From assembly GCF_964204645.1 (NCBI RefSeq), contig NC_134033.1, positions 11,602,655 to 11,666,654 of the forward strand: 64,000 nt of DNA. Direction: 5' to 3'. The translations under genes were made by a program, and so were the position numbers. Under the pieces are notes generated by a model that did no database searches, had not been told where the DNA came from, and saw only the letters and a list, made by a program, of their open reading frames with translations. The DNA comes from Tubulanus polymorphus. Its lineage: Eukaryota > Animalia > Nemertea. Every line of letters starts with the position of its first letter. Within the stretch, counting starts at the first letter, position 1. This document shows, one piece after another, positions 60,456 to 64,000 of this stretch.

Positions 60456-63400
60456 ATATGATAATTTATTTCCACAATTTACGACATGCCATAAAGATAT
60501 ACAAAACTATATACAAAGTTATACGTAAATATATACAAGTATGGGACATTTTGATGAAATGTGAAGGAGATTAGATTAAGCCAACAAAGGCGAGGAATCA
60601 TTGATGTATTTTTAAAATCTTTCTTTAAAATCCGCTATGAAGTTTTCTAATATCAGTCGGAACGATATTGTACTACTGTTAGAAATAATGGCGATAATAA
60701 CACTCTAGAATCCATCAGTAATTTCTGCGTAAACGAACAAATATTTTGTTGACAAAACTGCGATGAGAATCCATCGTTACGTATCATAGTTCTAGATGTA
60801 TCAATGAATCATTACGCGAATTCAAATCGATAAGAATTCTTCATAATATGATTAATTGATTACCATTAAATTTAAATCGTTCAATTCGAAATAAAAGAAA
60901 CGTAGCTTTATATATTGACCGTTCCTGCTGTCAGTGCAGAGAAGTGAAGGTTTACGAGGACTTATATCGGATTAGTCTTAACACTTAATACTTGTACTTT
61001 GTTGATTGAGTCAATGCTAAATAAATGCGTATAATATGTGTTATCAATCGCCAGTTAAGTATGCCCCTGCGTTTGTTTTAAATCCGGCCCTTTATGCCAT
61101 ATAAGCTAAAAAAGAGATTGAAACAGAAAAGCACATTTTACTCTATTCTAACTGTTATTCGGTTTACGAGCTAACTTTTTCAGTAGGATCAAGGTAAATC
61201 TGAATATTCTAGATTGAGCTACATCGAATAGAATATCACTTCTAAATGAACGCCGAGTAAGTAGGCTCGTTTAATATACAGCCTTGTAAGTACGCAATGC
61301 CATCATTTGATATCGAATTGATGTAAGCTGTATTATCGAATGAAATTAATTTGTTTTGTTGTATGAATATCAAATGTTTCGTAAGGCTCTATAAGATGAT
61401 GTCTTTTCGTTAAAAGATGACATGTAAATTAAGAAATGACATTCGCCATCCGTCGTTCACAATGCCGTCTGCCATGCATTCAGACGACACACCCCTCTCT
61501 GCGGACGTCGCCCATTACTATCACTTGAAGTAGAACTTGTATCCGATGTGTACAATTACGCGTATATACATATCCCGATGAAAGTGGAAATAATTAATTT
61601 TATATACTCTAAATTTAGTAAAATGGCGTGGTTCGTCAGCAGTACAGTTTCACCTACACGCAACCTTACAAAACGCACAGATTTTCTATTCACCTGCGGG
61701 TACCACCTACACAAATCGTGAGAGGGTGCAACTACAAACTCCAGCCAGTCAATTTTAAAGCATCAGTGAATTTTTAAGAGCTTGTCGTTTCCGAAAGTTG
61801 TCCTATATAGAATTACCGCGTTGCTTCATTCATTTACACAATATTCTATTCTCAATCTAAAAAACGTATTTTCTGCATCGGTTTTTGTGTTGTTTGTGGC
61901 ATTGATTCTGATAGTTCTTTTCAGTAAAGCAATGTATTCCCAATTATGGATATAGAAATATCAAACCACAAAGACTGTAGCTGAGGTCACAAAGACGGTA
62001 ACTGGTTTGTGATACGGAATATCTTCAGTCCCTATTTGTCTTAGTCTCCCCGGCAATTTCAGTTAGCTTGTAGACAAAAAATTGACGCCGCCGTTCAAGT
62101 CATAAACTTTAATTTTTGAGATAGTTGTTCCTGTATTAGTCGGTAATCGGTGTAACGCGCGACGTTTAGGGTCGATGCCACGGGTTAATAAGTAAGTTCT
62201 CGGAAATAAATGAATTTTCTCCGTCGACTGTTCGATAAATTAGACTTAGGTAACGCGTATGCGTGTTAATGCCAGGTTTATGACCGGATCTGAGTATTTT
62301 TGGCGTGGCTTCAGACGTGACTGAGTTTAAGTCGTGTAAATATACAGTACGGTGTCGTATATGCGCACCGATATCATCGCGGAATGGCTTCGTGTGTCAT
62401 GTCGTTCCAATCCTAGCAACATCGACGCTAATTTTAAGAGTGCACCTGGTCCAGGGAAATGTCTCTCCATTGAAACTTAATATATACAACTAGAAATTTA
62501 CCGACCTCAATTAGCTTATTAAGATTACCTACTTCTGTGTCACGCGTAATTGCTGATTATCTATTTTTACTTTCTAGATATTGTAAGGTTTTAACCGTAT
62601 TTAATTCCATGTCGATGGAACAGGTACGTTGATCGACTTCTTATTCAGTAATATACTAGTATTAATTGTAGGTGCCTACGTAGCTTGACTTGAGAAGAAG
62701 TTGTTCAAGTTTTGTGAAACGAATTTCGACGAAATTTAATCAAATCAAAGACGTCTCAGGTTTTGTTGTCAGTGAAGTATACAAAAACGTATATCAAACG
62801 GTACAATTTACAACGAAAAGCCGAAGAAAAGTTTCGAGTCATGAAAGGATTATCTTATTATCTTGACGACCACGCAACGTAGCGGCTTTTGTTGGATGGC
62901 GGACGAACAAAGTTCGGTAGAAATCGCAGTTTCACGGATGACCGCACTTTGACGACATTCAATTGGAAAATGAAATGATTTCAGACGGTTGGTCATTTTT
63001 GACACCGATTGATGTTTAACGACGTCGTTGTTCAAAGGCTGCAGACGTCACGATTACTCGTTGAAACTCTAACTCACTTGATGTCGGTAGAATTATGAAA
63101 TTGAATCTTAAACTTTCAAGGAAGTTTTAACGTGAGTAAAGACTTTCAGCGAGCGAGTTAATGAATATTTGAATAGCGGATCCACGGGTCGCCTAGCTTC
63201 CTCTCCACACGAACCGGACCCAGGGCACCAGTTGCCAATTTCTGGTTAACGTTCCCTGGATCAGAATCTAACTCACAACTGGAAAACTGTGCGTTATCCA
63301 CAGCGATAGCTTGTTGACACATCTGTAAACAGCTTTATCAAAATTGTAAATAGTTGAGATTATCGAAAATAGTATACAGTGAAAATTGAACTAAATTTTC

Positions 63401-64000
63401 ACTCGATTATTATTTTACGATTATCAATATTGAGTGGAACTCAGTCCTGCTATCAGTTTCGTGGTGAATCTAGATGCGCCGAAGGTATAGACTACTATTT
63501 GTATCAAAATTATCAAAATATATCTCTAAAAACTCTTTTTGAATTCCAATGAATACAGCACATGCATTGACCGCCGATGACATCACCGAATATATCTGTA
63601 CTGCAATTTCCGATTAAAACCCCCTGTTTCGCTCCCGGCAGGTGTGGTGGGTTTGCAAGGGACACCGATTCAAATCCAAAATCAAACGAAATCTACCAAT
63701 TGAATAAATAACAGGGTCAATCCTCAATTTTAAGATAGGATGGTTACCAAAATACAGAATTCCCAGTTTCTGATGCGTATATATTCTACTTCAGAATTGG
63801 GTATCTAACCTCGAAATTGGATTAAGTTTGTTCGCGAATTGAGTAGAAACCCTGTGCGACCGATACAGTTAGAAGATAACTTATATCCGCAAGGCCGCAA
63901 GCTCACACTCTCGCATTCATGCACATTCTTAGTCCGTTCACACATACATGTTAGGTCTACTTTTACCTAAATGGTTTCACCTAACCGACCCTGAAAAACA

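Overview
AT-rich eukaryotic genomic DNA, apparently from an invertebrate animal; the species cannot be fixed from sequence alone. Reading splice sites by hand gives: a complete 23-exon importin-5 (IPO5) gene on the minus strand (31438->13953, ~1095 aa), head-to-head with a 5-exon COMMD2 gene; an intronless peptide-type GPCR; a 4-exon PLP-dependent Ser/Thr dehydratase/racemase-family gene; an intronless, divergent SLC18 (VMAT-like) MFS transporter; an 11-exon carboxypeptidase B-like gene; tRNA-Pro(AGG); a degenerate tRNA-Ala; several MITEs, a LINE RNase H relic, a 3.4 kb 43-bp satellite and microsatellites. The most notable items are not resolved by the ORF track. (1) A small spliced gene at 41588-42030 encodes a signal peptide, an acidic propeptide and a 34-aa six-cysteine peptide resembling sea-anemone BDS/APETx defensin-fold toxins, but with an altered cysteine spacing; a Cys-rich orphan gene or pseudogene faces it. 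(2) IPO5 introns hold eight box C/D snoRNA-like units of two families, six of them in one intron, arranged as a duplicated cassette. (3) IPO5 contains an AT-AC U12-type intron. All homology statements rest on by-eye comparison with remembered family motifs, not on database searches.
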